Positions 11,226 to 24,384 of a stretch of 64,000 nucleotides of DNA are shown here, piece by piece. Made by a program: the position numbers and the translations under genes. The stretch is from Paragordius varius. Lineage: Eukaryota; Animalia; Nematomorpha. Numbering within the stretch: the first letter of the stretch is position 1; each line of letters begins with the position of its first letter. The stretch covers positions 8,184,001 to 8,248,000 of the forward strand of contig OZ176051.1 in NCBI GenBank assembly GCA_964247055.1, written 5' to 3'. A model generated the notes under the pieces. The model did not search any database. It was not told the origin of the DNA and saw nothing but the letters and a program-made list of their open reading frames with translations.

Positions 11226-14200
11226 ACAAATTAATATATGTTAAAAACACAGGCTACAAGTAAAAGGTAAATTATATTTCGAATAAAATTTGATAGCAAA
11301 ATTTATGCATAAAACAAATTTATAAATCAAGTTCTTTTATGTATCAGTGAAAATTAAAGTAAAATATTTTATTAGAATTAAATTTAAGAACTGTGCTACA
11401 ATACTTATCCAAGAATACAATCTGTATATTTCAAGAGAATATTAATATGCAAATTATAGGAAATAAGGCCAACGGTAAGTCCTACGTCCAAAACAAAATG
11501 TTAATAGGTTTGTGTAAAAGTATAGGATAAGTGATAAAAGATAGATAAAAGTTAGAGAGTAAATGATAACAATAGATAATTATAATAATTGGTATAAATA
11601 ATAATTTTAATATAAGATTAATTAGGAATTTTTCGATTTTGAAATTGCGTCAGATGGGTCGAACGCGCGCGCGTGCTAACATCTATCAATTTGTTATAAT
11701 TAGTTCGACCCTTCAATTTTATCATTTTATTTGTTTGTTTAAAGCTGTCAAATGAATATTAATGTGAAAAAAAATAACCGGTTAGGCCTGGCCAGCCACG
11801 GTTTTGGTGTTGTGGCCAATAATACAAAGAGAATCAAAGTAAAACGGGATGCTTGTGTTTTGCTAGTTTAAATGTTGGTTCATTGAAAAGTAAGTTAAAT
11901 GATATTGTGAGAACAATGAAAGTTAAACATATAGATATTATGGCATTACAAGAGACTCGTTACCGCGGAAATGGAGCAAGGACTTTGGAAGATAATTATC
12001 GATTATATTACTCGGGTGAAAGAGACGGACGAAATGGAGTGGCAGTTATCATAAATCCCAAATCCAATCAGGTTAAAGAGGTTAGACGCTATAACAGCCG
12101 AATCATGAATTTGGATATTTTGGTAGGTAACGAGGTCATAACGGTATTTACTATATATGCCCAGCAAAGAGGTTTACCAAAACAAAAAAGGAGGAATTTT
12201 ACGAGACTCTAGATGAAAAATTAGTCGCTCTCCCTCTGCTCAGAAAGTTTTTATGGGGATTTAATGATCATCTTGGTTCAAGTAAGGAATCTTTTGAAAA
12301 TATGGCACGGGGGACATTCTTATGGAGAAAGAAACGAGGAAGGAATTAATTTGCTTAGATTTCAATCTCACAATTTGGCGATAGCCAACAAGTTTTTCGA
12401 AAAAAGAGAGAGTCATCCAGTACCTTACGAAAGCGGCATAAACAAATCTCAAATAGATTTTATCTAGTCCCAAGAGACTTACTGAAGCTTGTATTAGACT
12501 CTATGGTCAAACTTAGAGATTAGTTCGCAATATAATTTACTTATTTGTAAGTTTTTTGTGAAAAAAAGTCTAAACAAATTGTTCCTTGCTTAAAGAGATT
12601 AAAAATTATAAAGTGGGAGAAATTATCTGAAAAAAGCATGCTTTTATAAAAGAAATACGGTTATCCGAGGATAGTGGGTTAAATGGTGAGTGGGATATAG
12701 TAAGCCAGTTAATCAAAAAGGCAGGAACTCTAGTTTGTGGATTTAAAGGCGTAAAATCTCAAGTATACAGAGAGGCTTGGCCTTACAATAAAATAATAAT
12801 ATTGATGTCACGAGAAAAAGTGAGGCTTTTGACAAATGGAGACATGCAAGGAATGATTATGATAGAAATAAGTATAAAAGTTTAAATAAGGAAAAATTAT
12901 TCGGCCAGGTTAAGAAAGTAAAGATGAATTTATTTTATGATGAGTTAAATAGTAAGCAAGGTCCAACAAAGTGTATAAAGTTGGGCAGCAAAGGAATAAA
13001 CGCAGGATGGATTTGCCAGGTTATGCGAATGCAATAAAAGGAAAAAATGGAAACTTGCTGTGCGAAAATGTAGAAATATTAAAAAGATGGAAAGAGTACT
13101 TTGTGAGTTTAGATGAAGGGGTAGGCGAGATATTTTTGGCAAATACAATTGAAGCTACTGATAGAATAAAAGCAATTGCAGAAAAGGAGGTAGAATCCAA
13201 TTTGTTAGAAATGCCAAACAACAAGGCTGTAGGATCGGACGACATTAATATAAATTGTTGGAAAGTGCTTGGAAACGCTGGAGTAAATTGCTTGGAACGT
13301 GTTTTTAATAAAATTGTCGAATGGGGAAAGTTAACTGTGCCTTTATTTGGAAAAGGTGATATAAATGAATGTAGTAATTATAGAGGGATAAAACTAATTT
13401 CGCACACCATGAAATTGTTTGAAAAAATAATTGAAAAGTGAATCAGGAAAATGATATCTATAGAAGGGTATCAATTTGGTTTCATGCCAGGAAAGTCAAC
13501 TGTAGACCTATACATGCGGTTAGGAGGTTGATTCAAAAACACTTTAAAAAAAGAAAGAATTACACGGGGTTTTAATTGACATAGAGAAGGCGTTTGACAG
13601 GATTCCTAGAGAAACTATTTGTGGAGTCTCCGTCGTGAAAAGATGCCAGAAAGTTATTTTAAGTTGTTACAAATAATGTACGAATCCCACACCGCCAGGA
13701 TTAAAACCCTACAAGGTTTATCAGAGCCCTTTTCAATAAAGCATGGAATCTACCAAGGCTCATCACTTAGCCCCTTATTGTTTATAATTTGTATGGACGA
13801 GGTAGCCAAGGTTGTTAATGTAAGTTCAGGTTGGTACTTAATGTATGCAGATGACATAATCATCTTGTCTGATTCATTAATTGAGTTAGAACGGTAAACA
13901 GATGGGTTGTTACACTGGATCAATACGGTCTGAAAGTAAACAAAGCAAAAACTGAACTTACGTTTGGGGGTCCACAACATGAAATGGTAGTTGATGATAG
14001 TTGGGTTCTGAAGGCTAAAGAAAGTTGCAAATATTTGGGAGCTATGTTAAGTTCAGATGGTTCGTTGACCGATGATATTAATTTAAAAATAAAGAGCAGC
14101 TCCAAAAAATCCGAAGGACATTTTAACGTGAATGAAATGAAAATGCTTAGAATGATGTGTGGGGTAACAAGAAAGGAGAGCATTGAGAATAGATTTATTC

Positions 14201-14496
14201 GTGGGAGCACAGATATTAAACCAATAGTGGAAAGAATGTCAAAAAATAGGCTACGTAGGTTCGGGCACATTGAAAGGAGAGATTCTAATTATATTGCAAA
14301 AATAAAAGATAGTCAAATAGTTGAGGGAAAACGAGGACGTGGGCGGCCTAAAACGAGATGGATAGATACAGTAAAAAGAGAGCAGCAGAATACGAGCTTA
14401 ATGCAGAGAACGCCATAGATAGAGTTTTATGGCCAGACAGGTTGTATAACATGACCGCCCTCACGAGTGAAAACATGTAATGTAATAATAATAATA
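11226..14496 (+). mobile_element. Full-length decayed RTE-clade LINE (APE endonuclease + RT pseudogene)
   Basis: APE motifs ASLNVGSL, LQETR and NKSQIDFI. RT motifs NNKAVGSDDI, YRGIKL, QGSSLSPLLF, MYADD and KYLG, with C-terminal GRGRPK. (TAA)n tail; 14-bp TSD ATATTTGGTATATA at 11212-11225 and 14497-14510; several stops and frameshifts. Confidence 0.93.
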
Positions 14497-14775
14497 ATAT
14501 TTGGTATATACCTCTTCATATGAAACAATTCAAGTTAATAATTACATAAAAATATATATTCAATTTACATATGTTAAAATATTAAAAAAATGGTTAAAAA
14601 CCGAATCAAAATAAAATATTGTTAACCAAATGGTAAAAGGTATAGAACTAATTTGGAATTCATGATCTTTTAGCATAAATAACTTTTTTTCAAATATGCT
14701 GCATTCACGGAATTTATTTTTTAATTAAAAAAATTGGTCCATTTTAAGAAAAAAAAATTTACAGTTTAGAGTCTC

Positions 14776-14954
14776 TTTTTTCCTTTTTTTATTAAAGGGT
14801 AAGGACTTAAATTGTATCCGGACCTGTGAAGGCTTTAACACTCGCCTGCCCAGGGCTGACAGTGATGATGGAAAAATTGCGTAGTTTCGGGGTTCGAACT
14901 CTGGCACACAGTGCAAGAGTCCAGCGCCCAACCTACTATACCATCACGCCTTCC
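14776..14954 (-). mobile_element. tRNA-derived SINE
   Basis: Minus strand has an A-box-like TGGTATAGTAGG and a B-box GAGTTCGAACC, followed by a non-tRNA body and an A-rich tail. No full cloverleaf is evident. Confidence 0.55.
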
Positions 14955-15066
14955 TATGGGGGGGGGTAATTTCGACACTTTCAGCGCCCATATCTAAAAA
15001 TTAAAAATTTTAATATTGTTTTATAAAATGATTTTGAGAATTGTAATAAAAAAAAAACTTTATTAA

Positions 15067-15555
15067 CACTTCGATTCAAATTGGGGTATCTAAACATCAC
15101 TGAAAATATTTAAATTGATATTAAAACAACTACTGAAAAAAACAGTTATTTAAATTTATGCTTCGATCTTAATAACAATTATATAAATAAGGCAAAATAT
15201 CGAAATAAAATTTAGTTTTAGAAAAAAAGTTCCGTATCAAACTACTTGGACCCCATTTTTATTTACAAAATTTTTGCAAAATATCGTGTTTATTTGATTC
15301 TAACCTAAAATTTAGTTTACTCTTTTAAACATTTTACATTGATATAAACAGAAATGGTATGTTTTGCATTACTTTTGTATTTAGCTAATGCACACATTTT
15401 ATGTTGGCTAAATTTTGCCTTTAGGGATAGGTGCAAACTTTTCCTATGGTTTCTCTATATTTTATTTTTTGGTATATTTATTTTAAACAAGCTTGGGTTA
15501 TCTGACTAATTCAATTCGAATTGAAGGACTGAAATTAATGCGTTGTATCCAAGTG
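15067..15555 (+). mobile_element. Family A piggyBac-like MITE copy 1
   Basis: TTAA|CACTTCGAT ... ATCCAAGTG|TTAA. Confidence 0.85.
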
Positions 15556-17296
15556 TTAAAATTCTAGTATAAATATTTTATTGAAAAAATAAAGTTTGTC
15601 TTTTTCATAACCATGATAATTATTACCCCACAAAATGTATCCTCTTAAAAAATAGGAACTTTTTCAGCAAGTTACGCGATATAAGTTTGACGGAAGTGAT
15701 TAAAAAGATACCACGGTTTTACATTTACATACCGTGAAGGATTACATAGCAAATATTCTAGTTAACATAGATTAAAAAATATGTGATTGTTTTACATCAG
15801 CTTTTTCCAAAAAATAATTTGAATCAATTATAAATTTGGCAATTAAAACCAGTAAATATACTGGTTTTACTAACTTTAATTCGGATTCAAACAGAAAACC
15901 ACTATCTATTATAACCCTGAAAGATATGGTTTTAAAATTTTAGGTTAATAATTAACGATACTCACTATCTATTTTTAAACTATTTTAATCAATACCATAT
16001 AGTTTATATTAAATTTAAATTAAACCGGATTGGACTTGATTTTATGTTTCTAAAATTAGCTTTGACCGATATCTATATTTATATCACATATGTAAAACAA
16101 ATAAGAGCGCTTAAATGGTTATAAATTTATTATATATTTTGGGAATTATATAACCTTATATATTACACAGACTAGTTTTGATGAATATAACAGATTAATT
16201 AACTAATATTTAAAATTTCCCAATTAAATATTTATGAAGGATTGACGTAAATCATACATAAAGGCATTTTGGGGCTAATTAATAGCGAGAACGGTAATAT
16301 AAATTATTTATACAAAATGAACATTTGCGTCAGCATGATAAAAATTAAATGTTTTATATTACGGAATCCTTAAAAACAGGTACACCCTAAATTTCATGAG
16401 CAAGAAGATGTCAAAATTTTAACAGAAAAGTGGCCCAAAATTTTAGTTAACTAAAGATTTATTTATGCTTTTAGTACGAAAATGTCGGAGCTATTTGGAT
16501 TGAATAAATGGTAGTATATGTACATCTACGGAAGTGATTTGATAATTGTGATATTTAACATCAAAATCATTGTGTTTGTTTAGAGAGACGGGGTACAACC
16601 CCGACAAATTAATTTTTTATACATAGTACTTATAAAAGAAAAAATTTCAATTTATGTTTGTTTTATTGACATACTAAAAAAATAGTCCTTTGCATTAGTA
16701 ACTCGATTGATTTGGTTTTTTAACGAAATGTATCCTTTAATACAAGATATGTTTTTAGGGTGAAAACATATAAATAATTTATAAATATGTATATGCCCTA
16801 AAAGTAAACAACAAATATATATTAATTAATATACATATATGGCTTATTTAAAGCGGTGTATATTTCAAAGAGTACATACACAGGACATTATGTATAAATA
16901 ATTAAACACCTTCAGAAAGAGCATAATTTTTAATTTTTATATAATTATCATTTAATAACCATTTCTCAAAGTTATTTTATTTTCTATATTCCACCACACT
17001 TTTGAAATGACAAAAAATTTTGTTTGGACTTCTTTTAATTTTAATTGATTATTTAGCTCTCAATATATTTGGATATTATTACTGCTCCAAACAGGTGCCT
17101 ATATCAAGAATTTCGTATTAGGTACGTATATGTGATAATTGATAGTCATTAATTACGTCACATATCAAATAATTACGCTTAATAAAGTATCTTCTGTATA
17201 GAACAACCTTCATCCACATATATATAATATATATTTGATCAAATAATATCTTTTTATTTACCGTAATTCCCTTCGAAAAAACTGACATTACTAGTT

Positions 17297-18470
17297 ATGC
17301 TGCAAAATAAATTATCACAATTTTTAGCTTTATTTTTATTTTTTTGTCTATATCCGATCACCCAAAACATATACATTCCCTTGAATCAAAAACTCAGACA
17401 CTCCAATGATAATAACTTACATACTTTATCATCAAGTCGGTTTAGAGTCGTCTCAGATGGATACCATGGATTTTTATTTTCTGATTCGTTAGGGAAAAAT
17501 CAATCGACTGAGGTTGCCAAAATGCCTAAACGCATGGTAATTCATTTTTTTATTAAAAATTGAAATATAAATAGGACATTGTGGATAAAATTAGGACACA
17601 AAAGGGTTACGAAATATTTTTTATATTATGTTGATCTAAACTCTTATTAGAGGTATAATGCTATTTAATCACCATTGATAGGATAGTTAAAAATATATTA
17701 TAAACTACGATTTTTTTTTAAAAAAAGTATAGGCACACTTCCTTGTCTCTCTTCTTTTATTATGGCAATCTATGATGACAAAAATAAAAAACAATAATTT
17801 AATGTCTTGTCTAACCGTATTTTTTGGTTTTACAAATGGGTTTAATAAAAGGCGCCATTGTTTCTCAAACTTAAAATAGAATACATACAGAAATTTACAA
17901 AAATGTAAAATGCAAACTAATTGCTTTACATTAATAATTTTGGGAAAAGGTAATGAATTAGGCATTAGTATTTGGGGTTGAGGTCGATTATTAAATATGG
18001 ACAAATTACATAAACATTTACAAACCGTTTTAAGAGAATAGTTAAGTCAGTCATTAATTATATGACATTAACTTTATCACCAGCTTAAAATATATGTTAT
18101 AATTAAACATAGATTTTTTTCATAACACATATCGGTTTTCCCAATTGTTAATTACTTTTAAAAAGCATCTTGTAGACGTTTATCATCAAAGAAATAGCCT
18201 ACAACAAATTATAATTAAATAATATTTAGGTTTTCAATTGACATATATCAGAATCCTTACGATAACACTAAACTAGAAATAAGGCGAAAAACACAATAGT
18301 TTCGTAAAAGTAGCTAATGTAGATACCAAATTTAAAACAATAGCGCAAAAAAACTTTGTAAGCTTAAAATAATATGTTTATTTGATAATTATGTTATATT
18401 GTTTACAGATTCGGTCTATACCTTATCAGCCGGAGTTGATGTGGGCAGAAAAGGGAGCTCGAATTTATAA
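17297..18470 (+). CDS. Putative secreted prohormone/neuropeptide-precursor-like gene; tentative join(17297..17536,17575..17605,18409..18470), ~110 aa
   Basis: True ATG, N-terminal hydrophobic stretch FLALFLFFCLY and 80 open codons ending KR-M before a GT. A 38-nt GT-AG intron follows, and there is a good ttgtttacag acceptor at 18408. The phase-1 join gives KR-peptide-GRK; an alternative phase-0 join gives IRSIP...LHKTG* (stop 18552). Exon structure after exon 1 is uncertain. Confidence 0.45.
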
Positions 18471-18741
18471 TAAAACCATAAGATCAGAGAGATTTTTATC
18501 TCTTTTGAATCCAATTTCCATGATCCAGGATTTGTTACACAAAACGGGTTAGACAATGTGAATAATAAACCTAAATCAACTTCAAACAATGCAACAATAT
18601 CATGAAAACTTTGTATATTTATTATGAATACATACAACATATATTTATTAGAAAAATTTTGTAATTATATCAAATAAACCATTTTGTATACATATAATTT
18701 ATATATTTATGCACCGGTAAAAACTTGCTACACTGAATATT

Positions 18742-19054
18742 TTATCCGTGTAATTTAATGAGATTTTCTGCCAAAGCAATATATTCCTTTTTAGCTTGTT
18801 CAGAAGCCATACCTTTTTTGCCATTCCATGAGTCCCATTTTGCCTTTTCCTTCAATTCCAGCATACCTGGACGATCTACATGGCTTAAATATTTATTATA
18901 CTGGTATTACAGTCACCTACAGTGGCCTGTTTGTACAGCGCGTAAAGTTTTAATAATTCGTCATCATTGGGTTTTTTCTTTAAATTCTTTACATCTGCAG
19001 CAGCTTTTTGAAATATCTAAAATTTTATGACTGTTTTACGGCATCAAGGTCCAT
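18742..19054 (-). CDS. DBI: Acyl-CoA-binding protein (ACBP/DBI), 87 aa; complement(join(18742..18875,18902..19016,19040..19054))
   Basis: MDLDA|[61 protein letters not shown]...LHG*, with hallmark [12 protein letters not shown] and KAKWDxW; introns of 23 and 26 nt. Absent from the ORF track. Confidence 0.95.
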
Positions 19055-19606
19055 GTGCTTGGAATGCAATAATGCAATTTATGACTAACTTATATCTAAT
19101 TATTTTTAAATGTTTTGTCCTGATAAGGCTCATAGAAATGAATTTAATAATTAATTAAAAATTTTTTAATGCTAATAAAAATTACATAGTTATATTAATA
19201 ATATTTATAAGGTTTATACTTAATTTTATGATGACTTATATGGCAAAAATCCCATTTTATTGCAAACTAAAAATAGATAATAAAAAATCGGTGATATATT
19301 GTTTGTTTATTGACATAAGTTGTCCATACTATTTTAAACGCTAATATTATTATAGCTTGGGCTGTTTTGAACACTTCTATTGTTATTTTATTTCCCTTCC
19401 ATATAATATTGTTATGTATTAACTCGCATAAAAATAAAATAGATAATAAAAGTCAAATTAAATTTTTGTAATTGCTTATACTGTTCTCAAATTTCAAACA
19501 CACTAAATTATTATATAATATTTGGTAGTAGTATTTATTCCAAAATATTTCGTTAACACTGCGTCCAAAATCTGGGGTTATAAAAAAAGCCTGATAAAAT
19601 GTATAA

Positions 19607-20700
19607 TCTTAGGAAAATGCATTAGGATTCTTATGGAGCATGGTTTCAACCCGCACGGGTGTAAAAGTTATTTACACTTTTGTGGTAATTCAACCATATC
19701 AGAAAATAGAAAAATTTGCGCACATTTATTTAAATTAATGAATCCTAGAAGCTTCATTCCAAAAAATATCAAAAATATTATAAACTACATATAAATAATA
19801 AAATTTAATTTTCAAAAAGATATTTTTAGATGTGCGCTTCGAAAGCCCATTTTTTTGCTCTTCTAAAATGAACTAGTTCTCTCAAAACAAACGCAAAAAT
19901 GCCGGGATGGTGCGATGAAAAGCTTAATTATGTGCCATATTATAATATTACTAAAAATATATTTTGAAAAATGCATACTTTTTTCAAAAATGTAATTTTT
20001 AGCAAAATTTAGCTTGTGGACTTCAAACATCTTGTGGCATGATGAAAACGGTAAAAAACGCTCTTAGACAATATAATTAAACTTTTATTTTGATGCTTTG
20101 CCTCAAATATTGGTTAAAATAATCGATTGTCTTCAAAATTGTTAAACAAAATTGGATTTTTATTGCAAAAAGATGCCAAAATATTCAGGTAAGCAAACTT
20201 TTAAATTAACTGAAGCGATAGAAATTTTCGACATCGAATTTTATAAAAAATGTTTAGAAATTATAAGGTGGTTTTAAATCTTTCCCATCATGACTTAAAA
20301 TAGCATGAAGTAATCAAGAAAATTTTGCTAAAAATATAATAAAAAAAACGTATACGTTTTTTAAAAGAATATTAGTTGATATCAAGGTTTAACATATATT
20401 TAAAATTTTTTTCGCGAAAAACCTGCATTTTTCCGTTTATTTTAAGAGGAATAGCTAATCCTTGGAGAGCAAAAAAATTTTAACGGAGCCCTTATCTAAA
20501 AACTAAATTTTTTATATTGAGTTGTTTTTTATATGCAGCCTATTATATAATATCTTTGGAATGGAGCCTTTAGCCTTACCAAAAAACTATCAAAGTGCGG
20601 AATTTTTTGATATGGAGCACTCACCACAAAAGTGTAAATAACTTTCTTAAATTATAAGTGCCAAAACCAAAAAGATAATTCTGACACATTTCCTGTCAGA
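19607..20700. mobile_element. Family D foldback element copy 2
   Basis: Shares aaagttatttacacttttgtggt / accacaaaagtgtaaataacttt inverted arms with 9535-10690. Confidence 0.75.
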
Positions 20701-20777
20701 TCATCAGGTTATTTTTTGGATCCTCGATTTCGTACGCAGTGCTATCAATATACAGTGCGGCATGTTTAAAAATTAAA

Positions 20778-22936
20778 ATTTTTTTTAAACAACCCTAACG
20801 ACGTCTATACACATGGTGTTCCCCATGTCAAAGATACCGTAACCAAATTGACTTAACATTAGGTAGGGTTATATCTAAAAGTTCATTTCATAATGTCAAA
20901 TGCCTACGAGGATCGGATTGCCTCAGCGATTCCAACCTATTGATCAAACTCTGCTACAACTTCCCAAAATATCCAAACTCACCAGAACAAGATTAGATTA
21001 TGATACAATCGACGACAAGTTTAGCAACGCTTTATCGAATCGTTTTGAGTGTTTTGATCATAATTCCGAAAACTATTACAATATAAATTTCTTTTGGAAC
21101 GCTTAAACACAATTTGCAGAGATACAGCTGACGAATTTATACAGCCTCTCAAACATTAACAAAAAATAAAATTGTCAACAAAAAGTCCTAACAGAGAATA
21201 CAAAACAAACGCAAATGAGATGACAAACAACTAAACAGTGAATTTCAAAAGAGAGCAAGAAAGGACAAAGAATATTATTACGACCAACTGTGCGAAAAGT
21301 TAAGAACAGGCTTTAAAAATAACCCAAACCTTTTTGCCCATACAAACAATTTTATTCCTCTCATAAACTCTCTACAAGTGACCTATGAGAAACCACAACA
21401 ACTCTATCGTCACTGAAAAAGACCAAATCCGCAAACTCTGGCTTAACCATATTAAATTATACAAAGTAAATAAAACCCCCAGATTATCAACGAACCTACT
21501 CAAGAAAAAGACCCATTTATAAGGAATGAAGAAGTTGAACACGCTATAAAACACTCTAGTATCGGCAAATCAGAGGAGCCCAGAGACATCCCTACTGATA
21601 ATAATATTCCAATCGATATCACCAAATTATTTCAGAATATATTTGTGTAAATCAATTATAATTCCTATTTTTAAAAAAGGTAATCCGGAACTGTGCGACA
21701 ACTATCGCACCATAGCGCTTATTAACCAGGTGTTCAAAGATTTTCCATACAGGTTCGACTAAATACCATTCTTGACCCCGAGGTATCCACGATTCAGGCT
21801 GGTTATCGAAAAGGTAGAGGATGCAGAGATATGATAATGCAATATGAGGTGGATAGTATAGAAACATATTAAATACAACAAAGAACTGCACATGTACTTT
21901 GTCGATTTCTCCAGAGCATTTGATTCCATCTAAAATAAATTACGATCATCGCTAAAACAACTTGGAGTATCAACCCATTTAATCAACGTCATATTCTCAA
22001 TTTACTTAAATTCCACGGCTGTAGTATCTACACCTCACGATATAACTGATTCATGGAAGATGCAAATCGGCCTACGCCAAGGATGCATTCTATTCCCATA
22101 TCTTTTTAACGCATAACTTTATGCACTTTAAGATACATCCCAGTTATGGCATTAACGTAGGTGAAAACCTACTTCCATGACGCGGATGACACAGTCTTAT
22201 TCGCATACAGTGCAGACATATTACCGCAAGTTTTGCAAGTGTTTAGAACTGGGTGCAATAAATTCGGATAAACTATCAACGTCAAAAAAACAAAAGTTAT
22301 GCAAATCAACCCGGTTCAAACAACTATCCTCAATGGTAATCAGTTTGTAACGGTAAACAATTACACGTATTTGGGCAGCATTTTAAACACAACTCCACTC
22401 CAGAAATAAAACGAAGAATAGCCATCGCAAAAGCAGTCACATTCAAATATAACAAGATTTGGACGTCACATGACATCAAACTAAAATCAAAATTAGATCA
22501 ATCAAGGCAACAGTTTTCCCCACATTCCTATATGGGGGTGAGGGAAGCTGGACATTGATAAAATATGACGATTAATAAATTCTTTCGATTATGGGTTTGT
22601 AGGGACTTCTCCAAATAAAATGGATATACAAAACTCCTAACGCTACTATTAAAAAAAATTAATCCGGAGATGTCACTACTAGGCATCCCAATACGGTAAA
22701 ACTATCTTTCTTTGGCCACATTATGAGATCTAACTCACATGAAAAATGACTGATACTGGGAAAAGTGAGTGGTGCTCGTAAAAGAGGAAGAAGACGCGTT
22801 GGGTGGATAACATCCTCAGAGAAACCAGCCAATAACTATCCGACCTAAAGGCCAGATCCGATATTCGTAATGAATGGAGAAGTTATATTTTCAATGTTAC
22901 AGTTAGTCGGAATCGACCTTAGCAACAACAACAACA
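20778..22936 (+). mobile_element. 5'-truncated, heavily decayed RTE-clade LINE
   Basis: Relics of NQID, NYRTIALI, FVDFSRAFD, RQGCIL and GRRRVGW; (CAA)n tail; TSD atgtttaaaaa(t/a)taaa at 20762-20777 and 22937-22952. Confidence 0.85.
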
Positions 22937-23337
22937 ATGTTTAAAAAATAAATATTATAAAAGATAGATGCCGTTTTATTAGTTTGTTATGCTTATGATA
23001 AATAGATTTGTTATAGATATGGTTATTCAAATATTTAAAAAAAATATTATCAAAATATTCGCTCACTAGCAAAAAAATTTGGTCTAGTGGTTTCTAAGTA
23101 TCGCATAGGAAGATATGGCATATTTTTGGCCCTCAAGACAAAAATATGATTTTATTCGGCCCTAAATATTTGAAATAGTACCACTGCTCATATTTATTTA
23201 TAAAAAGATAAGAAGTTGTATATATTATAAGCAGAAATACGCCTAACCATAGAAAATAAATGTTATATTTAAGGTAATATATAAATAATCAATACAAAAA
23301 CTAATAATGGGTAAAAATAATGTAAAACCTCCAATAT

Positions 23338-23814
23338 TACTTCGATTCTCATGGGGTATCTAAATATCCCAGACTATATTAATTTGATACTCTAAAAACT
23401 ACTGAAGGAAACGGCCCCAATTAATTGCCTCAATCCTAATAAATAAAAATAAGCGAAAGTAAATAAAATTTAGTTTTGAAAAAATGTTCCTTTACCTTGA
23501 CGCCATTTTTATTATAGAATATATTCGGAAAATATCGTGTTTATTTGATTTTAAATAAAGCTAATATATTAGTTAAATCACATCTAACATTAAAAGAAAC
23601 AAAAAGTGGTATATTTTTTATTTTATTTAAATCGTTAGCGCACACATTCATGTTTGCTAAATTTTTACCTCAGGGTTTTACCTTAAATTATTATCAAGTA
23701 TTTTTAAATAATTTTTTTCTATATTTCGGTTTTATGGTGCTAACTTTTGCTATGGTTTTGATTCCCTCCATATTTTTAACAGGCCTTGGGTATTCAACGA
23801 CCCCAATTTGAATC
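23338..23814 (+). mobile_element. Family A MITE copy 2 (both ends eroded)
   Basis: Colinear with 44021-44591; directly upstream of copy 3. Confidence 0.7.
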
Positions 23815-23824
23815 ACTGTATTAA

Positions 23825-24345
23825 CACTTTGATTTAAATTGGGGTATATAAATACCCCAGACTAAATTTAAGTTAGAAATTTAAAAAAAACTACTGAAGG
23901 AAACGGTCCCAATGCTTCTATCCCAAAATATCCAAATAAAATTTTGTTTTAAAAAAAATTCTCATGTCAAACTACTTCGAAGAAATTTTTATTTTACATA
24001 ATTTTTTATAGCTTTAATTTTAAGGGTAAAATTAAAGCTAATATTTACATTACATATAACATTTATAGAAAAAAAGCGGTTTATTTTGTATTATTTTTCA
24101 ATTTTTCCACTGCACACATGCCACGTTGGCTGATTTTTACCTTTGGGTTTTAGTTTAAAATCAGTAATATCAAATTTCTTGAATAAATTTTTTTATATAT
24201 TTCGGTTTATTAATGTTATATAAGTGCAAATTGAAATGGTTTCGATTCCTTCCATATTTTAAAGAATTAAATTTTAAACAGGCCTGGGGTATCCAACTAC
24301 CCCAATTAAATCGAAGGACTGAAATGAATGTGTTGTATCCACGTG
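23825..24345 (+). mobile_element. Family A MITE copy 3
   Basis: TTAA|CACTTTGAT ... ATCCACGTG|TTAA. Confidence 0.85.
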
Positions 24346-24384
24346 TTAATGCGATGTATTTATCTGTTAACACTTGGATGCAAC

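Noticed and set aside
14880-14954. tRNA gene on the minus strand
   Set aside because: A and B boxes are present but there is no convincing acceptor or anticodon stem; it continues into a body and A-rich tail, so it was called a SINE.
17425-17540. Minus-strand frame GILATSVD-TGA-FFPNESENKNPWYPSETTLNRLDDK as a selenoprotein exon
   Set aside because: It overlaps the longer plus-strand ORF that has an ATG and signal peptide; no redox motif, start or SECIS could be identified.
17705-18004. 99-aa minus-strand ORF
   Set aside because: It starts at TTG rather than ATG, has no acceptor upstream and no recognisable motif; probably a chance ORF.
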